From positions 131,581 to 195,580 of the IMG/VR virus record IMGVR_UViG_3300005337_000001: a DNA stretch of 64,000 nucleotides. One strand, written 5' to 3'. Positions 18,008-25,673 of the stretch are shown piece by piece (position 1 is the stretch's first letter; each line of letters starts with the position of its first letter). The stretch comes from a virus. The notes under the pieces were generated by a model. That model saw nothing but the letters and a program-made list of their open reading frames with translations, made no database searches and was not told the origin of the DNA. The translations under genes and the position numbers were made by a program.

Positions 18008-19383
18008 CAGCACGCGGCTGGGCCGCGCAACACAGGGCTTCAAACCTGGTGATTGCGCGGCTGTACGTGAAACTGCACGCACCTTACCTCTCGCCGACGT
18101 TGTTCGGTCTCATCCCAGTCCCCATGGCGGACCTGCGTAAGATCGCAGGCGGCCCGCTTGCTGTGACCGAGCGGCTCGTCATGTACTACGACCCGGTATG
18201 GGTCGAAGAAGTATCTGTCGAAGTACTGGCGACTGGTCTCGGCCACGAGTGTATGCACTGCCAGCTCAGACACGTCACTCGCGGCATGAAGTACCCAGAC
18301 AAGAAACGCTGGAACATTGCTGGTGATCTCTTCATCAACGGCGCTATGCGCGACGTCAAACGCCAGAAGAAGGTCAGCGGCAAGGCGGTGGGTATGGAGA
18401 CACCGCTCTGGAACTTCCCAGAGTGGGCGCACATGCCCGAGGACTACGGCTTCGAGAAAGGGCTCACCGCCGACGCCTACTACCGACTGCTGGAGCAGTT
18501 CGAAGGCCCTGCCCCAGAGAAGAAAGAGGGCAGCAAGGGCGATCCGGGCGGTGAGTCACACATCATGCGTGGCTGCTGCGGCGGTGCAGCTGGAAACCCG
18601 CTGGGCGCCGAGCTCGAAGGCAACCTGAACGAAACCAGAGGCAGGTCCGAGTCCAACGTGCACGCTATCGCCAAAGCGACAGCCAAGGCGATCAAGGCGC
18701 ACATGGAATCGACAGAGGGCCGAGGCAACCTGCCAGGTATGTGGTCGGAACTCATCAACGTCAGCGACAAGGTATTCAACGTACCGTGGCGCACAAAGCT
18801 CGCCAACGTGCTGCGCTACAGCATCGGCAAGGCGCGCGTGGGAGGCCTCGACTACAGCATGCACCGCGCGTCGAAGAGGTCGTACCTGCGCGGCATCAGG
18901 CTACCCAGCCTGGTGAGCTACGACCCGGAGGTCTGGTTCATCGTCGACAGCTCAGGATCGATGGGAAAGGGGCAGCTCTCCGACACGTCGCGCGTCTGCA
19001 TGGACGTGCTGAAGCAGACTGGCATCACGCAAGCCTGGTGGATGGAGGCTGACGTCGAGAACAAACGAGAGCCGTTGAAAATCAACGTGCGCGACCTGAT
19101 GCACATGGAGATCCGTGGTCGTGGCGGAACCGACTTCCGTCCGGCCGTGAAATTCGCGGCGTCCAGGCGGCCGAAGCCACACATCGTCATCTACATCACC
19201 GACGGTGACGGACCAGCACCGCGCAGACCTCCACAAGGCATCCACTTCATTTGGGTAGTCGTACCATCGCCGTTCCGACGCAGACCTGCCAATTGGGGTG
19301 ACCTGGTTGTGCTCGAAGACGGCTCCAACTTGAAGCCGCTCGGCGCACCCTACGATTGGCCTGACGACGAAGACGCAGCGTGA
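18004..19383 (+). CDS. HExxH metallopeptidase-like + VWA domain protein (DUF2201-like)
   Basis: GHECMHCQLRH, MIDAS VDSSGSM, GRGGTDFRP, IYITDGDG; GTGA-coupled to the AAA gene. Confidence 0.85.
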   Translation: MTARGWAAQHRASNLVIARLYVKLHAPYLSPTLFGLIPVPMADLRKIAGGPLAVTERLVMYYDPVWVEEVSVEVLATGLGHECMHCQLRHVTRGMKYPDKKRWNIAGDLFINGAMRDVKRQKKVSGKAVGMETPLWNFPEWAHMPEDYGFEKGLTADAYYRLLEQFEGPAPEKKEGSKGDPGGESHIMRGCCGGAAGNPLGAELEGNLNETRGRSESNVHAIAKATAKAIKAHMESTEGRGNLPGMWSELINVSDKVFNVPWRTKLANVLRYSIGKARVGGLDYSMHRASKRSYLRGIRLPSLVSYDPEVWFIVDSSGSMGKGQLSDTSRVCMDVLKQTGITQAWWMEADVENKREPLKINVRDLMHMEIRGRGGTDFRPAVKFAASRRPKPHIVIYITDGDGPAPRRPPQGIHFIWVVVPSPFRRRPANWGDLVVLEDGSNLKPLGAPYDWPDDEDAA

Positions 19384-19462
19384 AGTGAAAATACCCCCGA
19401 CAATCAGGGATAAGAAAGATGAAGAGGAACAGCTACACGCTGTCCAAGAAGGAGACTACAAC

Positions 19463-19639
19463 ATGAACCGCATTCTCAAGATTTCGCTCATCTCAGCCGG
19501 CGGCGCTGTCGCAACCGCTCTCGTCAGTGGCCTCAGCTACATCAAAGGCAAGAAGGACGGCATCATGCTGGCCTCCAAGAAGTACGAGTCGCTCAACGCC
19601 TCCCCCGAGCGCGCGACGTCGACTCAGCCGCAAGCGTGA
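19463..19639 (+). CDS. small protein with an N-terminal hydrophobic segment
   Basis: AAGGAG RBS; MNRILKISLISAGGAVATALVSGLSY. Confidence 0.55.
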   Translation: MNRILKISLISAGGAVATALVSGLSYIKGKKDGIMLASKKYESLNASPERATSTQPQA

Positions 19640-19646
19640 GCAGAAG

Positions 19647-19724
19647 GTGCCGCCTCGAATTGGGCACGTCGCATGTTAGGCTTTCCCCCCGGCCGACTGT
19701 GACGTGCCCACTTCGGGGCGGCAC
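19647..19724 (+). other. long imperfect inverted repeat (78-nt hairpin)
   Basis: GTGCCGCCTCGAA-T-TGGGCACGTCGCA pairs with TGTGACGTGCCCA-C-TTCGGGGCGGCAC, with further inner pairing. Confidence 0.8.
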
Positions 19725-19728
19725 GCTG

Positions 19729-19752
19729 GAACGGGGACCTGTCCCGTTCTTT
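19729..19752 (+). terminator. intrinsic terminator between convergent genes
   Basis: GAACGGG/CCCGTTC stem followed by TTT. Confidence 0.6.
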
Positions 19753-19758
19753 AGCCCT

Positions 19759-21840
19759 TCAAACAGCGCCGGCTGCGCGGCGCGGCGGCAGCTTGTCGGG
19801 CATCGGCTTCATGTTGATGCTGACAGCCGCGTTGCCGTTGGCGCCCAAGCCAGAGTCGCCGCCCGCTGCTGGTTGCTGCTGCGGCTGACCAGGCGGGGCC
19901 ATCCCTCCACCCGGGGCCATCGACTGCAAGAACTGCAACACGAGGTCGGCGAACTCTGGCGACTGCGCGCGCAGCTGCTTGATCTCGAGGAGCTGACTTG
20001 CCGGATCCTTCTGCGACAGCTGCAGCGCTGTTGCCTGAGCCACGGCGGTCAGACTCGAGCCGCCCAGCGAAGGTTGCCCGCCGGCGGCTGGGCTGGTGCC
20101 CATGCCCATGTTCTGGCCAGCGTTGAGCGGGCTGGACATGGCCGCCATAGGACCTGCTGCCGCGCCGGCCTGCGCCGGCATTCCCTCGCTGCCAGCCTGC
20201 CCGCCGGGCGGCGCTGCGCCGGTCTCGGGGCCACCGGGCTCGCCAGGAGCGACCGGAGCGTTGGCTGCAGTCGCCATCTCCTGCTGCGCCTTGGCCTGCA
20301 TCTTCATCATGATGACCTGCTGCTCGCCCTGCATCTCAGCCATCGCCAGCTGCTGCTTCTTGGTGGCCTGCAAGCGATTCGAGGTCTCGCGCTCCATGAT
20401 CTGGTTCTCCTTCTCTTGGTCGAGATCGGAGTCAGCCAGCAGCGTCGTGTCGGAGACTTTGTTGGCCTGGTTCAGCTGGAACATGAAGGCCTTGCGCTGA
20501 ATATCGTCGGCCATTTTGAACGGCTTGAAGCGAATGTTCGCCAGCGGCCAGTCCAGGTAATCGGCGACGTGCTTCATCGTCCACTTCGCCATGCGCACGT
20601 GACGAGACAGGTACGTGATGAACTGATTCTCGAGCATGCGCATCGACACGTTCGTGCCGGCGTAGCTCATGCCGCCCTTGATGAATTCGAGCGGCACCTG
20701 CATGCCGTTGATGAGCTGCTCGCTCATCGTCTGCATTTCCTGCACCATCAATAGAGCGCGGCCGTCGCCGCCAATGGTCTGGTTGCCGATGGGCAGTGGC
20801 AAGATCGGGATGTAGTTCGGGTCCATACGCCAGCGCGCGATCTCGGCGGCGACGTGGTCACGCCAGTCGACCAGGTTGATGGTCGTGTACGGATCGCTGG
20901 TACCCGAGCCGGCCTGCGGGAAGAGCACGCGCAAGGGCACAATGTGCTCGAGCAGGATGGCCTCCTGCGCCTTCTTCATGATCTGCAGGTAGAACGTGTC
21001 CTTCAAGCAGGCCAGGAGCAGCGGGATGCCCCAACCCCGGTCTTGATCGGCGAGCGTCGGGCGGCGCAGGTGGAAGAACAAGTCCTTCGAGAACGTCACA
21101 CCCTTCTGCTGACGCAGCGCCTGGATGAAGATGTCCGGCACCTGCTCGATGGCGTCCTTCTTACCGACGATGATGTCGTTACGCACGCCCGGCGGTATGT
21201 TGTAGAAGTACGTGTGCTCGCCCGAGAGATCCGAGTACGTGACCTCGACGTCCTCCGGGCTCCAGCGCATCATGCGGATGCCACTCTCGTTCTTGAAGTA
21301 CAAGTCCTTCGATCGCGCCGTGCCGAGGTTGCCGCAGTGTGGGCAGCTGAGTCTGAACTCGTAGTTCGTGAACACCCAGTGCGGCCGGATGCGCGAAGCC
21401 TCCATCTGCTTCTTGCAGCCAGCGCAAGTGAGGAACTTCTTGAACGGGAAGCTCAGGCTCGTGAGACAGTTGCCGTACGTGTTGTAGTCGAGGCCGCACT
21501 CGATTTGAAACGCCTTGTAGTTCAGGTGATCTATGAAGTACTCCTTCCACCGGTCAGCGACACGGCGGTCGGGGTGGTCGATCATAATCTCGGTGATAGG
21601 GTATTCACTGAGCTTGAAGACCGTGGCGTTGATGATGGGATTCGTGAGGAAGTAGTAGCGGCACCACCTGAACATCGACTTGATCGTCGTCGGCAGGTAC
21701 GTGTGTGCGATGTCGAAGAACGGCGAGGGGTAGTTCACCCCCTGCGCGGCACCATTGCCCATGCGCGCGCGCGTCTGCGCGAAGCGCAATCCGCCGCCAG
21801 GACCGCCGCCAATGCCCAACGCGCCGGGGATGCCGCTCAT
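19759..21840 (-). CDS. portal protein with a Zn-ribbon insertion and a low-complexity C-tail
   Basis: Portal-like layout (CRYYFLTNPIIN.., FFHLRRP..WGIP, QEAILLEHIVPLRV, GGDGRAL); CAGC...CPHC insert; Gln/Pro/Gly tail. Confidence 0.75.
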   Translation of the reverse strand: MSGIPGALGIGGGPGGGLRFAQTRARMGNGAAQGVNYPSPFFDIAHTYLPTTIKSMFRWCRYYFLTNPIINATVFKLSEYPITEIMIDHPDRRVADRWKEYFIDHLNYKAFQIECGLDYNTYGNCLTSLSFPFKKFLTCAGCKKQMEASRIRPHWVFTNYEFRLSCPHCGNLGTARSKDLYFKNESGIRMMRWSPEDVEVTYSDLSGEHTYFYNIPPGVRNDIIVGKKDAIEQVPDIFIQALRQQKGVTFSKDLFFHLRRPTLADQDRGWGIPLLLACLKDTFYLQIMKKAQEAILLEHIVPLRVLFPQAGSGTSDPYTTINLVDWRDHVAAEIARWRMDPNYIPILPLPIGNQTIGGDGRALLMVQEMQTMSEQLINGMQVPLEFIKGGMSYAGTNVSMRMLENQFITYLSRHVRMAKWTMKHVADYLDWPLANIRFKPFKMADDIQRKAFMFQLNQANKVSDTTLLADSDLDQEKENQIMERETSNRLQATKKQQLAMAEMQGEQQVIMMKMQAKAQQEMATAANAPVAPGEPGGPETGAAPPGGQAGSEGMPAQAGAAAGPMAAMSSPLNAGQNMGMGTSPAAGGQPSLGGSSLTAVAQATALQLSQKDPASQLLEIKQLRAQSPEFADLVLQFLQSMAPGGGMAPPGQPQQQPAAGGDSGLGANGNAAVSINMKPMPDKLPPRRAAGAV

Positions 21841-21843
21841 GAA

Positions 21844-22929
21844 TTACTCCAGGCCTCCACTATTGAAGCCCCTACCATACACGTGCTCAACGGTATGCTG
21901 ACCAGTATCCCCAGGCTCGCTCGCCGGTGGGCGTGAGGCCTCTTGCGGAACCTGCGGTTGTTGAACCGGCCGCTTGCCGCGCAGCTTGTCGACGCCCTTG
22001 CCTGCCGCGCCGCCGGCGCGCTCGAGCGCCGTGGACAACGCCGCGCTGCCCGCCAGCGACAGCGGCGCCGCCAGGCCGCCCACGGTACCGCCGACCACAC
22101 GGCCGAGGCGTTCGGCGCGCCCTGGCTTCCCGTCGCCCTCCGGCGCGCGCGCGGCGTTCACCGCTGCCAGCGCTGGCAGACCCACCATCATCGCCTTGCC
22201 CTTCACACCGGCCGAGTCCCACTGCGATTTCACGCCGGCGGAGAGCGTCGGCAGCACGCCGTTGTTTTTCAGGGATTTCGCGTAGCCCGGTAGGCTGGTG
22301 AGCCCCATTTCCTGTGCCTTATCGGCGGAAGCCAGCGATTTAGCGGCCTGCTGCAGCTTGCCGGACGGCACGCCCGCGCCTGAGCTCAGATCCTTGCCGA
22401 GCGCGGCGAGCTCGCGGCGCGCGGGGGCGGCGCCGGCGCCGATGCGCTCCACAGAGCTCGCTGCGCCGCCTGGTTTCCAGCCCGTGACGCTGTGGACCTG
22501 CCGCTGTCCGAAATTGCTCAGGGATCCCAGCGAGTTATCCATCTTCGACAGCGATTTCGTCGCGGAAAGCACCTTGGTAGGGCTGGCAGCACCCAGCGCA
22601 AGCCCGGATCCCGCGCCAATTAAGGCCCCTTTGCCCGCGCCGCGCACCGCACCACCCAACCCGCCGCCGAGTGCTGCCAGCGCCGCCCCCGCTCGGCTCG
22701 AGCCGCGCTCGCGCGCCGTGTCGTACGCGTCTTTGCCCCCGCGCGCGCCGCCGACCAGCGCGCCGGCGCCGAGACCGAGACCTAGCCCGCTGCCAAGGCC
22801 TGCACCCATGGCTTTGCGCACCCCTGAGCGACTCAAATGCGCAAGAAGCTCCTGCGGAACACCCGACGTCTTGTCGAGCTCTGCATGAAACCCCTTCATC
22901 AGGGCCGGTGAAAGGGTAACTTCAAACAT
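21844..22929 (-). CDS. Gly/Ala-rich glycine-zipper protein, candidate ejection protein
   Basis: GLGSGLGLGLGAGALVGG, LGGGLGGAVRGAGKGALIGAGSGLALG, VVGGTVGGLAAP; directly upstream of portal. Confidence 0.6.
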   Translation of the reverse strand: MFEVTLSPALMKGFHAELDKTSGVPQELLAHLSRSGVRKAMGAGLGSGLGLGLGAGALVGGARGGKDAYDTARERGSSRAGAALAALGGGLGGAVRGAGKGALIGAGSGLALGAASPTKVLSATKSLSKMDNSLGSLSNFGQRQVHSVTGWKPGGAASSVERIGAGAAPARRELAALGKDLSSGAGVPSGKLQQAAKSLASADKAQEMGLTSLPGYAKSLKNNGVLPTLSAGVKSQWDSAGVKGKAMMVGLPALAAVNAARAPEGDGKPGRAERLGRVVGGTVGGLAAPLSLAGSAALSTALERAGGAAGKGVDKLRGKRPVQQPQVPQEASRPPASEPGDTGQHTVEHVYGRGFNSGGLE

Positions 22930-23719
22930 GCTTCAAAATGTCGAGCTGCAAACGGAGCCGACGGCGTGTCGACTCGAGGTACGCCCACGATCCTAGCAGC
23001 CGCCGAAGCTGCTCGTCCTCTACCGAGTCGCCAGATGGGGCGCGCCCGCTTGCGCGCACCTCTGGCCAGCGCTCGTTCACTTCTTTGCAGTCGACGGGAA
23101 GACCTTCCACGTCGATCTTCACAAAATCCAGGGGCGGCTGCGGGCACAGCACGCCGTCGTGCCGGTGCACAGCGGCCAGGTAGGTCTTCACCTCGTCGCT
23201 GAAGTTCACGTCGTCACGAATTCGGTTGGCAATGTCGACGGCCACCATGCACTCGGCGACGGTGGGCACCTGCATGCGCTGGAAGTCAGCGAACGCGCCG
23301 TTGAATGGCGCACAGCAGTGAATGAACACCTCCCACTTGAGCCAAAAATCGTCGACGAGGTGCAACGCCTTGCAAGCCTGAAGCTTCTCGATATTGATGT
23401 CGGCGATGGAGGGCGTTTTGAAGTCCTCCTGCACGCGCTGCACGATGGTCTCTAGCTCCCAGCCGAGCCAGACCAGGTCGTACTTGCGCAGCAGCATCAA
23501 ATCGAGGATGAGCGGGTGCGCGTCGGGGCTGCGAAAGACGTTGCCCACCGAGACGTTCGACGTCTTGGTGATGCTCTCCACCGTCCCGTGAACGGTGGGG
23601 TTCTCGCTCTCGTCGCCCTGCGTGGTCTCGATGACCGTCGTGGGCTCCTCCTCTTGCAAGTGGTGCGGCAGCCGCTGCACGCTCGAGAGGACCTGCTCGA
23701 AGATGCCCTCAGGCGACAT
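22922..23719 (-). CDS. hypothetical protein (head block)
   Basis: Start MSPEG overlaps the upstream stop; about 265 aa. Confidence 0.7.
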   Translation of the reverse strand: MSPEGIFEQVLSSVQRLPHHLQEEEPTTVIETTQGDESENPTVHGTVESITKTSNVSVGNVFRSPDAHPLILDLMLLRKYDLVWLGWELETIVQRVQEDFKTPSIADINIEKLQACKALHLVDDFWLKWEVFIHCCAPFNGAFADFQRMQVPTVAECMVAVDIANRIRDDVNFSDEVKTYLAAVHRHDGVLCPQPPLDFVKIDVEGLPVDCKEVNERWPEVRASGRAPSGDSVEDEQLRRLLGSWAYLESTRRRLRLQLDILKHV

Positions 23720-25049
23720 CGTGCAAGCCCGTTGCGCTGTTGTCACCGGCAGCACGCGCTAGGCGGCGCTTCTGGTCGACGGGCAACGAGCTGAAGATAC
23801 CCCATGGGTCCTTCTTGAATTCCTTGGCCATCTCTTCGCCGTAATCGATCTTCAGCGAATGGTAGCCCGTGACCGCGTAATTTTCGATTTGCTTCTTGGT
23901 GATGTAGTCGTTGCCGTTGATCCAGCTGTCACCTTCGTCGGATGCCGTCTTCTGCACGCCGTAGGTCGAGGCGTACGGGTCCATGACCGACTGGTCGTAG
24001 CGCCAATCGAGTTGGGCGAGCTTGTCGAACTCCTCGAGCGCACTACAGAACTGCTCGGGGCCGAGGGCAGCACGGTGCTCGAAGAGCTGATCTAGCACGG
24101 CGGCCTGCTTCTCCGTGAGGTGCGGCCGGCGCGTGTCGAACGCCACCTTGATCTGCTCGACGGGAGCAAAGGTCGTAGAGCCGTACGCCGCTGCGACGTC
24201 GTTCACTTCGATGCCGAGCGCGGAAGCGCGCTTTACCATGTTCGTTGCAAATTCATGGCGCATCTCCGGCGGCATACGGCGGAGATTGTCATCAAAGTAC
24301 TGGGTAGCTGCCTGCACCTGGGTGTAGCTATCGAGCGGGTACAAGCCCTGGTAGGCGCTATACTCGTACGGCGCCGCCGCTTCTTTCACCGTGGCGTGCT
24401 TGCCGGTCACGTCCACGTACGGTCGCAGCCCAGCCGACTTAGCCACGCTGGTGTTGCTAGAGCCTGGCTTACCGGGCGCCACCGCGGCAGACAGATCTCC
24501 GGGATCTTGGCTCGGCATCGTGCTGGTGCCCGAGAGCTCGGCGCTCTTCATCAACGCGCTCATCTGGTGCTGCTGATGCGGCGGCATCACGGTACCGCCG
24601 GACATGCGGGTCGCCTGCAGGTTGTCTTTGATTTGACCGCCCGTGCCCTTCACAATGGAGGGAATCATCGCTGCGTTCATCACAGTGCTGAGGCCGAGAG
24701 CGATCTTTTCGAGCTCGTCCGGCACCTCGATGTTGTACCAGGCGCAGGCCACCTTCAGGTTCTCGGCTGCCGTCTTCTGCGCCTCCGCCGGGAGCTTGTG
24801 CCCATGGAGAAAGAAATAGCTCACATTCAAGAGCGTGTTGCCCTCGTCGACGCAAGCGAACTTTCGGAGGCGGTCGCCATCGTCGAGGAGTACCAGGGCG
24901 AAGGCGTCGTCGGGCAGCGCAGCCAGCTCATCCGAAGAGAGGCGGTGCGCAATCTTCACAGATTCGGGAATTACATCTACGGAGGGGAAGATCGCCCGGA
25001 GGTCGTGCGGGTTGTCGTAGAGGTCCAAGACGATACCTGCCGTTTGCAT
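23709..25049 (-). CDS. putative head/scaffold-associated protein with two related repeats
   Basis: LAALPDDAFAL..RKFAC and YPLDSYTQVQAATQYF..NMVKRASALGI resemble DUF6582-type motifs (from memory); 14 K-x-A triplets. Confidence 0.6.
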   Translation of the reverse strand: MQTAGIVLDLYDNPHDLRAIFPSVDVIPESVKIAHRLSSDELAALPDDAFALVLLDDGDRLRKFACVDEGNTLLNVSYFFLHGHKLPAEAQKTAAENLKVACAWYNIEVPDELEKIALGLSTVMNAAMIPSIVKGTGGQIKDNLQATRMSGGTVMPPHQQHQMSALMKSAELSGTSTMPSQDPGDLSAAVAPGKPGSSNTSVAKSAGLRPYVDVTGKHATVKEAAAPYEYSAYQGLYPLDSYTQVQAATQYFDDNLRRMPPEMRHEFATNMVKRASALGIEVNDVAAAYGSTTFAPVEQIKVAFDTRRPHLTEKQAAVLDQLFEHRAALGPEQFCSALEEFDKLAQLDWRYDQSVMDPYASTYGVQKTASDEGDSWINGNDYITKKQIENYAVTGYHSLKIDYGEEMAKEFKKDPWGIFSSLPVDQKRRLARAAGDNSATGLHDVA

Positions 25050-25056
25050 GCTCGCA

Positions 25057-25062
25057 ATAATA
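25057..25062 (-). promoter_or_regulatory. -10-like TATTAT, possible leaderless start
   Basis: 7 nt upstream of ATG 25049 in an AT-rich divergent gap. Confidence 0.4.
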
Positions 25063-25124
25063 GACGGTTAGCCGAGAAAAGAAAACAGAGCACTGAATGG
25101 ACCGGATAGCTCCAAGGAGGAACG

Positions 25125-25661
25125 TTGCTGAAGCAAAACCATGAAGTCGATACGCCGCCCAGCTGCTTTGGGAAGCACTTCGACGCCACCTCACCAGAAT
25201 GCAAGGGCGGGCACGACCCGTCGTTCCGCAACGATGACGAGCAAAGTCGCAACTACAACACGCAGATCCGCGACACCTGCGACTGGGTGCAGAGCTGCTC
25301 GAGTCGCATGCAGGCCGGCAGGAACTTCATACCAGCCAGCAGCTTGGTGAGGCCAACGCAGCCGCCACCAAGCCCGTACCAAACGAGGTTCAACACACCA
25401 ACACAACCGCAGCCGCAACCCTGGAGGCCACCAGCATATGCGCCCCAGCAGCCGGGCGCGCACCTGATGTCGATGCAGTTCGGCATTCCGCAGTATCTCT
25501 CCGTGCGAGAGCCGCAGACCTTTGGCGCTAGCTTCGGCAAACGGCTGGCTCGTGAGTCGCTGCGGTCGGTGCTGAAATCAATCGGGCATACGATTGCCCA
25601 CTTCTTCGATGTCGAAATTCTTGGTCCTCCACCCGGAGGAGGCAACCCGCCAGAACAGTGA
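25125..25661 (+). CDS. Cys-cluster + Pro/Gln-rich protein
   Basis: AAGGAGG RBS, TTG start; SCFG..EC..TCDWVQSC. Confidence 0.7.
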   Translation: MLKQNHEVDTPPSCFGKHFDATSPECKGGHDPSFRNDDEQSRNYNTQIRDTCDWVQSCSSRMQAGRNFIPASSLVRPTQPPPSPYQTRFNTPTQPQPQPWRPPAYAPQQPGAHLMSMQFGIPQYLSVREPQTFGASFGKRLARESLRSVLKSIGHTIAHFFDVEILGPPPGGGNPPEQ

Positions 25662-25673
25662 TAGGAGATCGGC

